A DNA stretch of 64,000 nt from Planctomycetota bacterium (GTDB lineage: Bacteria > Planctomycetota > Planctomycetia > Pirellulales > Pirellulaceae). The translations under genes and the position numbers were made by a program. The stretch's first letter is position 1; every line of letters starts with the position of its first letter. The stretch spans positions 21,007-85,006 of the forward strand of contig JBPOJB010000032.1 in NCBI GenBank assembly GCA_052034005.1, written 5' to 3'. Of this stretch, positions 46,360 through 55,600 are shown in pieces. The notes below the pieces were generated by a model. The model had not been told where the DNA came from. It saw only the letters and a program-made list of their open reading frames with translations, and did no database searches.

Positions 46360-47097
46360 CTATTGCGTCCAATGCTCGGCCACCCAGGACGCCGGCTTGA
46401 TGAATCGGAAGCGGCGGTTACGGCGTCCGACCATCGCATCCGGCGGATTGCACTCGCCGTGAAAGATGACGATCTTGGCCCCAGGGGGAATGAACGGCGG
46501 CTTCCAGTAGTTGGTCGGCCAGCGCGGAATGCAGTGATACTTGAAACTCGGACACCAGGCGGCCGGCCAGTACTTCAGTTTGCCCCGACGGTGCAGGTAG
46601 TCCGACAGATAGGCCTGGTCGTTGCGGAAGTCCTTGCGGATCCGGGCGGAATGGCTTCGAAAATACTCCAGCATGTCCGGGAACGCGCCGAACTGGAAGC
46701 GGTACACCGACGAGTTCCCGGTCACGCGCCACGGTCGCTTGTAGTCGTGAATGATCAGGAATTCGCCCGGGTAGGTGAAGAACTCGTCCAGATCGTCGAC
46801 GACGACCACGTCGACGTCCAGGAACAGGGCGGTGCCGCGCAGGCCGTGCAGGTCGGCGGCGAAGGAGGTGAGCTTGTTCCAGCCGCGCTCGGGGATCCCC
46901 GGCGGGAGCGCGAGCGGCGGGATCGGGAAGCACTCCACTTCCGGGCGGATGCCGCTGCGGTCGTCGGTCAGACAAATGAACCGGAAGTCGCCGGACAAGT
47001 GGCGGCGCACCATCGCGTAGAGCCGATCTACATACTCGGACGTGTACTTGGTGCCCCACTTCATGCAGAGGATGTGTCGATCGCTCGGTGGGTTCAT
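46360..47097 (-). CDS. GT-A-like putative glycosyltransferase (paralog 1), 245 aa
   Basis: The ILCMKWGTKYTSEYVDRLYAMV...FICLTDD N-terminus and a DxD motif (FLDVDVVVVDDLDEFF) are present. It is homologous along its whole length to the next gene. The family name is not known to me. Confidence 0.6.
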   Translation of the reverse strand: MNPPSDRHILCMKWGTKYTSEYVDRLYAMVRRHLSGDFRFICLTDDRSGIRPEVECFPIPPLALPPGIPERGWNKLTSFAADLHGLRGTALFLDVDVVVVDDLDEFFTYPGEFLIIHDYKRPWRVTGNSSVYRFQFGAFPDMLEYFRSHSARIRKDFRNDQAYLSDYLHRRGKLKYWPAAWCPSFKYHCIPRWPTNYWKPPFIPPGAKIVIFHGECNPPDAMVGRRNRRFRFIKPASWVAEHWTQ

Positions 47098-47142
47098 GGT
47101 ACGCAGACTACCGTGGCCAGTGTGGAAAAACTCGACGCCGGG

Positions 47143-47970
47143 TCATTCACGCCAGTGCTCGACAGCCCATGGCACGGGAAGCATGTAGTTCTTGATGCGG
47201 TCGTATTTCTCGTAGAGCGGCAAGCGGCTGAAAATGGTCTCCCGCAGGTGCACCAGCGGCGCGGCCGGCTTCTCGAAACCCGTCATGTGCCCGGCACACA
47301 CGTCCGCGGGATCGCAACTGCCGCCCGGGAACGTGACGATCTTCGCACGCTGGGGCAACACCGCCGGCCGCAGGTAGCGCAAAGGCCAGGCTCCCAGGCA
47401 ATGCAACCGGAAATGGCACACCCAGCGGTCGGGCCAGAACCTCACGCCGCCCCGAATATGCTTCGTGACGTAGTGCTGCTCAAACCGGCACGTCTTCGCA
47501 AAATGCTCAGGGTCGCGCCGGAAATGCTCCAACAGATACGCATGAGCACCCACCGTGTAACGGAAGACGGAGGTCTGACCAAGCCTGTGAAACGGTTTGG
47601 TCCAGTTCCGGGCCAGATACACATCCTCGGGGCTGCCAAACGTGAAGAACTCGTCCAGCGGACCGGTGATGATCGAATCGAGATCAATGAACAGGACCGT
47701 CCCGGCCACGTCGCCCAGCGATGGGCCCCACAACGCGATCTTCCGCCACTTGCCCGGACCGGAGACCGGCACCTGGCAACCCAGTTCGGGTAACGGCCGA
47801 CATGCCACCTCGGCGCGAATCCCCTTCGCATCGTCGGTGAAACAGTACAGCTGGAACGGCGGACTCGTCTGCCGAGCAGCCATCGCGTAGAGCCGGTTCA
47901 CGTAATCGGCGGAGTACTTGGAGCCCCACTTGATGCAGATGATCTGCTTGTTCGAGGATCTAGGCGGCAT
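47143..47970 (-). CDS. GT-A-like putative glycosyltransferase (paralog 2, with ~30-aa C-terminal extension), 275 aa
   Basis: It contains IICIKWGSKYSADYVNRLYAMA...LYCFTDD and the DxD motif FIDLDSIITGPLDEFF. By eye it shares roughly 35-40 percent identity with 46360..47097. Confidence 0.6.
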   Translation of the reverse strand: MPPRSSNKQIICIKWGSKYSADYVNRLYAMAARQTSPPFQLYCFTDDAKGIRAEVACRPLPELGCQVPVSGPGKWRKIALWGPSLGDVAGTVLFIDLDSIITGPLDEFFTFGSPEDVYLARNWTKPFHRLGQTSVFRYTVGAHAYLLEHFRRDPEHFAKTCRFEQHYVTKHIRGGVRFWPDRWVCHFRLHCLGAWPLRYLRPAVLPQRAKIVTFPGGSCDPADVCAGHMTGFEKPAAPLVHLRETIFSRLPLYEKYDRIKNYMLPVPWAVEHWRE

Positions 47971-48206
47971 GGGGAAACTGCTCCCAGTCTAAGGGACTAT
48001 CCCAACGGCGGGGTAACCTATCACAAGGCGGCGCGCATGCCAAGATTGATTGCCGGTCGGTCGGCCGTTTGGCCGTTCGCCGGCTTTCCACAGGCCGACT
48101 GCCGGCGGATTGGAACCGGCGGATGTGAACAACCAGTTGTCGACTGCTCGTTGGGGTCGCCGGTTGCTCGACCGGACCGCGCATCGGGGCGTGACCGGGT
48201 GTGAGC

Positions 48207-48872
48207 CTAAGCGGGGATCTTGTGCGCCGCGCGCAGGTACTGGATCACCAGCTCGACGAGTTCGGCGGGAGGGTGTTGTGCGGATTTCAGTACGAGTTCG
48301 GGATGAGTGGGTGGCTCGTAAGGGTCATCGAGGCCGGTCATGTTTCGGAGCTGGCCGGCCCGCGCTTTGCGATACAGGCCCTTGGGATCACGTGCTTCGC
48401 AGACCTCGAGCGGCGCATCGACAAACACTTCGATGAAGTCGCCCGCCGCGCCGCGTTCGTCCACCAGGCGTCGCACTGCGTCCCGATCGCGGCGATAGGG
48501 GCTGACGAACGCCGTCAAGGCTACCAGTCCCGCCGACGCGAACAGTTCCGCCACGGCCCCGATCCGGCGGATGTTCTCACGGCGGTCGTCCTCGGTGAAC
48601 CCCAGTCCGAACCGCTGCGCGTAGGACGCCCCGTGCGGCATCAACAGTTCGGGGCTCGCATTGAGCCCGTGGCGGATGTTGTCTCCATCGAGCAGGAAGC
48701 TGTGCACTCCCAACTGATGGAGCCGGTAGTCCAGCAGGTTCGCCAGCGTGCTCTTGCCGCTGCCGCTCAAGCCCGTGAACCATACGACGCAGCCCCGGTG
48801 GCCGTTCAGGGTTTCCCGCTCCTGCCGACTGACACGATGTGGATGCCAGGTGATGTGGACTTCGTCACTCAT
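48207..48872 (-). CDS. cysC: Adenylyl-sulfate (APS) kinase, 221 aa
   Basis: It contains the P-loop [46 protein letters not shown] and [12 protein letters not shown] ~16-aa insertion lies between GLN and LGF compared with the canonical enzyme. Confidence 0.9.
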   Translation of the reverse strand: MSDEVHITWHPHRVSRQERETLNGHRGCVVWFTGLSGSGKSTLANLLDYRLHQLGVHSFLLDGDNIRHGLNASPELLMPHGASYAQRFGLGFTEDDRRENIRRIGAVAELFASAGLVALTAFVSPYRRDRDAVRRLVDERGAAGDFIEVFVDAPLEVCEARDPKGLYRKARAGQLRNMTGLDDPYEPPTHPELVLKSAQHPPAELVELVIQYLRAAHKIPA

Positions 48873-49202
48873 GCGCTCAAATCCCCGCGTATGGCCCGCG
48901 TTCTGCCGACCCTATTCTACTTCGTGCCGCGCGGTCGCAGGCACCCCCGGCGTACTCTGCCGGACGCGCCTTGTCGAGCCACTCTCAGCTTAGCGAACGA
49001 CTCGCGCGCCAGCGCGGCGCGGTTGCCGACGATGCGGCCGGCGTATCGCGCAGGGCGGCGATTTGTCCGCAGCGCCCAGTCTCCCCAGAGTCGCGGGCTC
49101 CTCGAATCGCACAATCGCCTTCCACCTCCGGGGGCAAATCGCTATAAACGAGGGTCTTGTGTTGGCAGTTGTATCTGCTACGGGGGCGTAAGGGATTTAG
49201 CC

Positions 49203-51401
49203 ATGAGTCAGGGTGAGCGGGAATCTTCTTGGGATCGGCATGATGCGACGTTCGGTCCGGTCGGTGCGGAGTCCCTCTACGACAAGTGCGTATCTCTTGC
49301 GCATAACCTATGGTGGACGTGGCATCCGGACGTCATCAATTTGTTCCGCGACCTGGATCCGATCCGGTGGCGGCAGCTGGACCACAATCCGATCGCGTTA
49401 CTGCGTGAGTTCACGCCGGAGCGGTTGATTTCGCGGGCCGCCGAGATGGTCCTGTTCAGCCGGATCAATCACGCGTATCGGCGGTTGAAGGAGTACATGT
49501 CGACGGTACCCACCTGGTCGATCACGCACAGCGGCGTGTTGGGCGCGCGCCCGGTCGCCTATTTCTCGGCCGAGTTCGGCATTCACGAGTCGATCCCGAT
49601 CTATTCGGGCGGCTTGGGGGTGTTGTCGGGCGACCACATCAAGAGCGCGAGCGGGCTCGGTGTTCCCTTGGTGGCGATCGGGTTGTTTTACGACCAGGGG
49701 TATTTCAAGCAGCACCTGGACATGTCGGGTTACCAGAACGAGGAGTATCTCGACACGAAGGTGAGCAACTTGCCGATGAGTCCGGCCCTGTCGCCGGATG
49801 GCAGTCCGATCACGGTGAGCATCCAGACGCGGTCGGACACGCTGTTGGCCAAGGTCTGGCTGATGCAGGTGGGGCGGGTCAAGCTCTACCTCTTGGACTG
49901 CGACGTGGCGGGCAACAGTCCGCAGGATCGCGAACTGACGTCGCAGTTGTATGGAGGCGACGAGCGCACGCGGATTCGCCAGGAGTTGGTGTTGGGGGTG
50001 GGCGGCATCCGCGCCCTGTCCGCGCTGGGCATCACCCCGGGCGTGTACCATTTGAACGAGGGGCACAGCGCGTTTGCGACGTTGGAGGTCATCCGGCAGC
50101 GGATGGCGCAGGACGGGATCCCGTTTGACGACGCGTTGCGCGAGACGGCTCAGCATACGGTGTTCACGACCCACACGCCGGTGCCCGCGGGGCACGACCG
50201 GTTCCACAGCGGGTTGATTGAGGAGCATCTCGGTCCCTTGCGGGACGAGCTGCAGATCTCGCATGAGCAGTTGATGGGGCTGGGCCGCGTCGAGCCGCAG
50301 AACGGGTCGGAGGCGTTCTGCATGACGGTCCTGGCGTTGAAGCTGTCGCGTCGCGCCAACGCGGTCAGCGCGTTGCACGGCCAGGTCTCGCGCCGCATGT
50401 GGGCGCACTTGTGGCCGTGGCGCGTGGAGGAGGAGATCCCGATCGGCCACATCACCAACGGCGTGCACACGCCGAGTTGGATCGCCGGGCAGATGATGCA
50501 GTTGTACGATCGGCACTTCCCGGCGGGCTGGGCCGAGCGGATGGGGGAAGCGGAAGTCTGGCAGTACGTGGACGAGATTGATCCGGGCGAGTTGTGGGAG
50601 ACGCACAACACGCTCAAGAGCCTGCTGCTCGCCTTCGTGCGCCGGCGGGTGAGTCGGCAATGCCGCCGGCGCGGCGAGAGCGACGAGGCGGTGGAAGCGG
50701 CGCGCAACGTACTGGACCAGACCGTGCTGACGCTCGGCTTCGCCCGGCGGTTCGCCACCTACAAGCGGGCGGACCTCATCTTCCGCGACCCCGACCGGCT
50801 GGCCAGGATCGTGAACCATCCGGAGCGGCCCGTGCAGTTGGTATACGCCGGCAAGGCCCATCCCAAGGACGAGCCGGGCAAGCAGCTCATCAAACGCGTG
50901 GCCAACCTGCAGCACGACCCGCGGTTCAAAGGCCGGCTGGTGTTCGTGGAAGACTACGACATCAACGTCTGCCGGCACCTCGTCCAGGGTGTCGACGTGT
51001 GGGTGAACACCCCGCGGCGGCCGCTGGAAGCGTCCGGCACCAGCGGCCAGAAGGTCGTGCTCAACGGCGGCTTGAACCTGTCGATCCTCGACGGGTGGTG
51101 GGCGGAAGCTTACGACGGGCGCAACGGGTTCGCGATCGGCAGCGGCACGAGCCACCTGTCGGACGAGATCACCGACGCGCGCGACGCCGAGTCGTTGTAC
51201 GCGACGCTCGAGCAGCAGCTGATTCCCACCTTCTACGATCGCGACGTGGACGGCCTGCCGCGGAAATGGGTCCAGATGATGGTCAATTCGATCATGTCGC
51301 TGGCCTGGCGGTTCAGCGCGCACCGCATGGTCATGGACTACACGCTCAATGCCTACGTGCCCAGCGCGGGCGGGTTGAGTTGTGACATGGCGATCAAGTG
51401 A
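49203..51401 (+). CDS. glgP: Alpha-glucan family phosphorylase (GT35, GlgP-like short form), 732 aa
   Basis: ORF 48201..51401 was trimmed to the ATG at 49203 (MSQGERESSWD...). It contains AYFSAEFGIHESIPIYSGGLGVLSGDH, YHLNEGHSAF, FTTHTP and the PLP-lysine motif EASGTSGQKVVLNGG. The upstream 334 codons are antisense to cysC. Confidence 0.85.
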   Translation: MSQGERESSWDRHDATFGPVGAESLYDKCVSLAHNLWWTWHPDVINLFRDLDPIRWRQLDHNPIALLREFTPERLISRAAEMVLFSRINHAYRRLKEYMSTVPTWSITHSGVLGARPVAYFSAEFGIHESIPIYSGGLGVLSGDHIKSASGLGVPLVAIGLFYDQGYFKQHLDMSGYQNEEYLDTKVSNLPMSPALSPDGSPITVSIQTRSDTLLAKVWLMQVGRVKLYLLDCDVAGNSPQDRELTSQLYGGDERTRIRQELVLGVGGIRALSALGITPGVYHLNEGHSAFATLEVIRQRMAQDGIPFDDALRETAQHTVFTTHTPVPAGHDRFHSGLIEEHLGPLRDELQISHEQLMGLGRVEPQNGSEAFCMTVLALKLSRRANAVSALHGQVSRRMWAHLWPWRVEEEIPIGHITNGVHTPSWIAGQMMQLYDRHFPAGWAERMGEAEVWQYVDEIDPGELWETHNTLKSLLLAFVRRRVSRQCRRRGESDEAVEAARNVLDQTVLTLGFARRFATYKRADLIFRDPDRLARIVNHPERPVQLVYAGKAHPKDEPGKQLIKRVANLQHDPRFKGRLVFVEDYDINVCRHLVQGVDVWVNTPRRPLEASGTSGQKVVLNGGLNLSILDGWWAEAYDGRNGFAIGSGTSHLSDEITDARDAESLYATLEQQLIPTFYDRDVDGLPRKWVQMMVNSIMSLAWRFSAHRMVMDYTLNAYVPSAGGLSCDMAIK

Positions 51402-52343
51402 TCAGGGTTCCCACCGCCCGTGACGGTAGCAGGCCTGCCGCGGGTCGAATTCGGTGAGCGTCTCGAGCGTCAAGCTGGGCGCGGGCGCGACGTCGCCCAG
51501 CTGCCAGAGGCGCGACCAGGGCAGGCGCGCCGCGCGCCGCGCGTCCGCCCCGTCCTCCGCGTCCTCCGGGCCGGCCGCCCACTGGATCTCCAGCCGCACG
51601 ATCCGCTCGAGCAGCGACCGCGAGATCGAGTGGGAGTCGTCATCGCCGCCGCATGCCTGCTCGAACTCGTCGTACGTAATCGAGTCGCCCAGCAGTGGCA
51701 GGCGTTCCCGCAACTTGTATCGGCGCGCCAGCGCCAACGCGCGGTGCGGATGGCCTTGACGCAACGCCCGCAACGGCTCGAGCCACGCCTGGGCCTGCTC
51801 GGGGTCCACCCCGGACGACCTGCCGGACTCGGCCACGCCGCGCTGGAGGATCGCCACATCGTGGGCCGGGTCAAGCAGGTAGGCCATGGCCCGGAAGCGG
51901 CGCTCCTCCGCCTCGCTCCGCGCCAAAGGGATCATGCCCAGCACGCACGAGCGTCCCAGCCGCGCGGGGTCCAGGTGCGCGGCGATCTGGTACAGGCGGA
52001 GCGCCGTCACGTGCGCGTCCGGATCCTCGCGCATGGCCGACAGGTCGTCCGCATACGCCCGGTAGGCGGCCGGATGGTCCGGCCGCAGCGCCGCCAACTG
52101 AGCCTCCGACACGAAGCGGCTCAGCTCCCGGATCTCGGACCGCCAGACGGCCCGCTCGACCGTGGTCCCGTCCGGCCGGACTTCGGCCACGATCACCGCG
52201 CTGTCGCTCTCGCGAACCAGATACCCGCGGATCGGCTCGTCGCGGTCTTTCAGGTGGATGATCACCGCCCACGTCGGCGACGTGCCCAACCACAGCGCCA
52301 ACCCCAGCACCAGCACCCCACCGAGCAAGCGATCGCTGCGCAT
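51402..52343 (-). CDS. Hypothetical secreted protein, 313 aa
   Basis: It has a signal peptide (LLGGVLVLGLALWLGTSPTWA). An AAGGAG SD lies 8 nt upstream of the ATG at 52343. The gene starts 12 nt downstream of the preceding large ORF. I recognise no family. Confidence 0.65.
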   Translation of the reverse strand: MRSDRLLGGVLVLGLALWLGTSPTWAVIIHLKDRDEPIRGYLVRESDSAVIVAEVRPDGTTVERAVWRSEIRELSRFVSEAQLAALRPDHPAAYRAYADDLSAMREDPDAHVTALRLYQIAAHLDPARLGRSCVLGMIPLARSEAEERRFRAMAYLLDPAHDVAILQRGVAESGRSSGVDPEQAQAWLEPLRALRQGHPHRALALARRYKLRERLPLLGDSITYDEFEQACGGDDDSHSISRSLLERIVRLEIQWAAGPEDAEDGADARRAARLPWSRLWQLGDVAPAPSLTLETLTEFDPRQACYRHGRWEP

Positions 52344-52355
52344 CCGGCCGGCTCC

Positions 52356-55300
52356 TTATACGTCCTTCCCGTCCGATGTGGCCGGCTCCGCCTGCGGATG
52401 GTAGAGCAGCCAGAGTCTGAGCAACCCCGCTTCCAGATCGCACAGCTGGTCCAGGACCCGATCGCGCGCGGCCTGATCGGAGAGCGTCTGGGCGACGATT
52501 TGGTCGGCCGCGGCAGCCCGGCCTGGGACGCGCTGTGCCACGTCGATGCCGAGCAGTTGCAGCCAGATCCGCTGCAGCAGGACCGTGTACTGGAGGTCGT
52601 TGTCGGCCACGTAATCCGCCGCTGCAAGTTGGCGCGGCCACCCGTCGAGCAGTTCCCGCTGCGCAGCGCTGAGCGCCGACAAGTCCGACCGCTGCAACTG
52701 CCCGGCCCGGTGGGCGATCAGGGCCCGCAGGATCTCCGACAAGTAGAGCGCCGACGCACAGCGCGCGGCGGGAACGCCCAGCAGCCGGGCCTGGATACGG
52801 TATAGATCGCCCAGACGCTGGCTGCCGTGGTCGAGCGCGCGCTGCTGCTCATCACCCGCCTGATCGGCCTCCGCCAGCCGCATCCAGACGGTCTCGAGCA
52901 GGCGCCGGACGACGCGCTGACGATCCTCCAGCGTGCGCAGGTTCACCTCCCGGCCCAGCACGTGCGCGAGCACTTCCTGCTGGTGGGCCGTGCCATCCGC
53001 CGACGCCGCCAGCTGGTCGCCCAACCCCAACCGCACGGCGTTCCAGCGCGAGAGCCTGGCCACCTGGGGCAAGAGCTGCTGATGTTCCTCCTGGCCCTTC
53101 GGCCGCATCAAGTACAGGGCCAACTTCCGGCCGGAGCCGGGGTCGATCTCGGCAAGTGTGTCGGCGGCGTTGGCCACCAGCCGCAGCAAGGTCAGGCGCT
53201 GGGTGACCTCGCCGGCGTCGATCAGGTCATCGATGTGTTGCCGGATCACCACGGCCTCAGGCAGCGGGTAGGCCCGGACAAACGGCCCGGACGGAACCTC
53301 CGGAGGCGCGTCGCCGTCGGTAGCACCGGACCAGACCTCCTGCGCCTCGAGTTCCCGGAAGATGGCGGCCGCTTGTTCGCCCTGGGTCAGCACGCAGGCG
53401 AGCGTGGCACAGAGGGTGCAGTCGAGCGTCTGCTGGAGGCAGCGGTCCGGCTGGTCGCGCGCCGCGCCCACGTCACGCAATGCGGCATCCGCCCGGCCGG
53501 AGAGTCGATCCCAACGCAGCTCGTGCGTGTCCTCGGTGGTCGCCGCGAGAGCTGTCCGAATCGCCTCGATCAGCTCAGCCTCGGTCATGTGGTCGGACGC
53601 GATCCCGAGCCGCTGCGCGAAGGACTCAGCCAACGCCTGCCGCAGTTGCGGAGAGGAGGCCTGCTGGACGAGCTCCCACAGCGTCTGCACGACCGACATG
53701 TCCGAGCTGTGGACTGTCCGCCGCAGCAGGGCGTGGTAGTCATCCCAGCGTGATCCGGCTGCAGGCAGGACCGCGACCAGCAGGTCGGCGTCGAAGCGAT
53801 CGAGGGTGGATTGCTCCACGCGGCCAGCTGTCTCCGCGGCCACGGCCTGATACAGTTGCCAGGCTCGGGCCGCGTCCTTGTCGGCGATCTCGGGCAGCGC
53901 GGCATAACACCGGCGTGCCAGCGCCACCACGCACAGGTTTTCCAGTTGCGTGGCCCCCAGCGCCCGGTCCAGCGTCTCGTGAGTGACCGATTCGAGCAGC
54001 GCGCCCAGGTATGCGCCGCGCTGGGCATCCAGTTCGGGCGTCTTCCAGATCCGCGCGGCCGTGCGACAGCCCCGGAACGCGGCCCGGAGCTGGGCGCCCT
54101 CGTGGGGCAATTCGGTCGCCAGCGCCCCGGCCGGCGAGAGCAACTGCTGCGGTATCTGCCGGGCCGCTGCGTCCGACGGGTCGGCGGCGTACCACCGGCC
54201 GAGCAGTGCTGGGATCTCCGCCGCCTCGCGCGATTGGTCGCTCCATTGCAGGCACTGCGCGATCACCAGGCCGTACGCCTCGGCGCGTTCCCGGTCAGCG
54301 CCGGCCCGGGCCTGCGCCAATGCCGCCGCCAGCTCGGGATGCGACGCGGCCGACCGGGCGACCGCTCCGTCCAGATCCGCGTCCCACCAGGTTGCCCGGC
54401 GGCCGTCGGCCGCCGGGGCTCCGCCGCCCGACACGGGCGTCTCAGCCAAGTCGGGCTGGGCGGATCCGCCGGCCAGGTACAGTCCCAGCGCCGTGATCAC
54501 GATGCCAGCCAGGGCCGCGCCGGCCAAGATGATGGTCCGGCGGCGGCGCACTTGTTGCTGCCGGCGCGTGACCAGCTGGTGGAGCTGCTCGAGGCGGCCG
54601 CGCAAGATCGCCTCCACATCCATCGGGTCGAGGCCCCAGCGGGTCCCCTCCGCGTAGATCTCCGTGCGCGCGACGTGGTCGATCGTCGGATCGCGTGCGA
54701 TCCGCTGTGCGACCAACGCCGTGACACGCTCGATGGCCTGTTCCTCCGACGTGAAGCGCGATCCCATCTCGCTGGCCACTTCGTTGATCGTCGGTTGGAT
54801 CCACTGCGGAGCGACGCCGTGGAAGAGCGAACCGGCTTCCATCAAGCGGCGATGCGTCTTGAAGGTCACGATGCCGTCGGGCAGTTGCGCCAGCGTCCGG
54901 CGCAAATAGCTGCGGAACGCCTCCCGCCGCTCGACCTGCCGCGGGTCGTCCGTTTCCGGCGGGGGCCAGTCGTGGTCGTCCGCGGACATCTGCGAGACGC
55001 TGCCCACCGTCGAGTGGCAGGACGCGCCCTCCAGGTCGCGTTCCAGCCGGATGTTGTGCTGAATGGCCAGTTCCCGCACGACATCCAGCGCCCGGATGTC
55101 GGCCAGGTGATAGCGATGGGTGCCGACACCGATCAACCCCTGCTCGTCATCCATGGCCAGGATGGCCGACGGGTATCCCGCCAGTTTCTGCGTGACCCAG
55201 CGCCGGAACTGTGCGAGGGCTTCGGGGCCGGCCGCGGCCGGTCGCGCGAGGGCGCTGTCCGCCGCCCGGCCTGCGCGCGCGGGCCGGGCGTGGGGCCGGT

Positions 55301-55550
55301 CATCCGGCAGGTCGAGCCGATCCCACGGCGCGCTGGTAATGACGCCGCGGAGCTCGAGGAACCGCAATTCACACGCCAACTGCTCGCGCGTCAGTCCAAC
55401 TTCGTCGGCCAGCGCCAGGACTGAATCGAATCGCGCGTCGTCCAAGGTCCGAGATTCCAGGATCACGGATGCGGCGCGTTCCAGGAACCTGCGCACCACG
55501 CGCTCGTCCGGCACCTCGCGGCTTGTCTCGGCCGGGCGTCCGGCGTCCAT
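52356..55550 (-). CDS. Large hypothetical bitopic membrane protein (cytoplasmic ~370 aa, one TM, ~650-aa helical extracytoplasmic region), 1064 aa
   Basis: ORF 52356..55712 was trimmed to the ATG at 55550 (MDAGRPAETSREV...), with 55571 as an alternative start. A start at 55712 would leave only 5 nt to the divergent gene. It has a single TM helix (IILAGAALAGIVITALGLYLAGG) and a Leu/Ala-rich helical C-terminal half. Confidence 0.65.
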   Translation of the reverse strand: MDAGRPAETSREVPDERVVRRFLERAASVILESRTLDDARFDSVLALADEVGLTREQLACELRFLELRGVITSAPWDRLDLPDDRPHARPARAGRAADSALARPAAAGPEALAQFRRWVTQKLAGYPSAILAMDDEQGLIGVGTHRYHLADIRALDVVRELAIQHNIRLERDLEGASCHSTVGSVSQMSADDHDWPPPETDDPRQVERREAFRSYLRRTLAQLPDGIVTFKTHRRLMEAGSLFHGVAPQWIQPTINEVASEMGSRFTSEEQAIERVTALVAQRIARDPTIDHVARTEIYAEGTRWGLDPMDVEAILRGRLEQLHQLVTRRQQQVRRRRTIILAGAALAGIVITALGLYLAGGSAQPDLAETPVSGGGAPAADGRRATWWDADLDGAVARSAASHPELAAALAQARAGADRERAEAYGLVIAQCLQWSDQSREAAEIPALLGRWYAADPSDAAARQIPQQLLSPAGALATELPHEGAQLRAAFRGCRTAARIWKTPELDAQRGAYLGALLESVTHETLDRALGATQLENLCVVALARRCYAALPEIADKDAARAWQLYQAVAAETAGRVEQSTLDRFDADLLVAVLPAAGSRWDDYHALLRRTVHSSDMSVVQTLWELVQQASSPQLRQALAESFAQRLGIASDHMTEAELIEAIRTALAATTEDTHELRWDRLSGRADAALRDVGAARDQPDRCLQQTLDCTLCATLACVLTQGEQAAAIFRELEAQEVWSGATDGDAPPEVPSGPFVRAYPLPEAVVIRQHIDDLIDAGEVTQRLTLLRLVANAADTLAEIDPGSGRKLALYLMRPKGQEEHQQLLPQVARLSRWNAVRLGLGDQLAASADGTAHQQEVLAHVLGREVNLRTLEDRQRVVRRLLETVWMRLAEADQAGDEQQRALDHGSQRLGDLYRIQARLLGVPAARCASALYLSEILRALIAHRAGQLQRSDLSALSAAQRELLDGWPRQLAAADYVADNDLQYTVLLQRIWLQLLGIDVAQRVPGRAAAADQIVAQTLSDQAARDRVLDQLCDLEAGLLRLWLLYHPQAEPATSDGKDV

Positions 55551-55600
55551 GGGGCACCTCGCGGGGCGCATGATGACTGCGGATCGAGGCCACCGACGCC

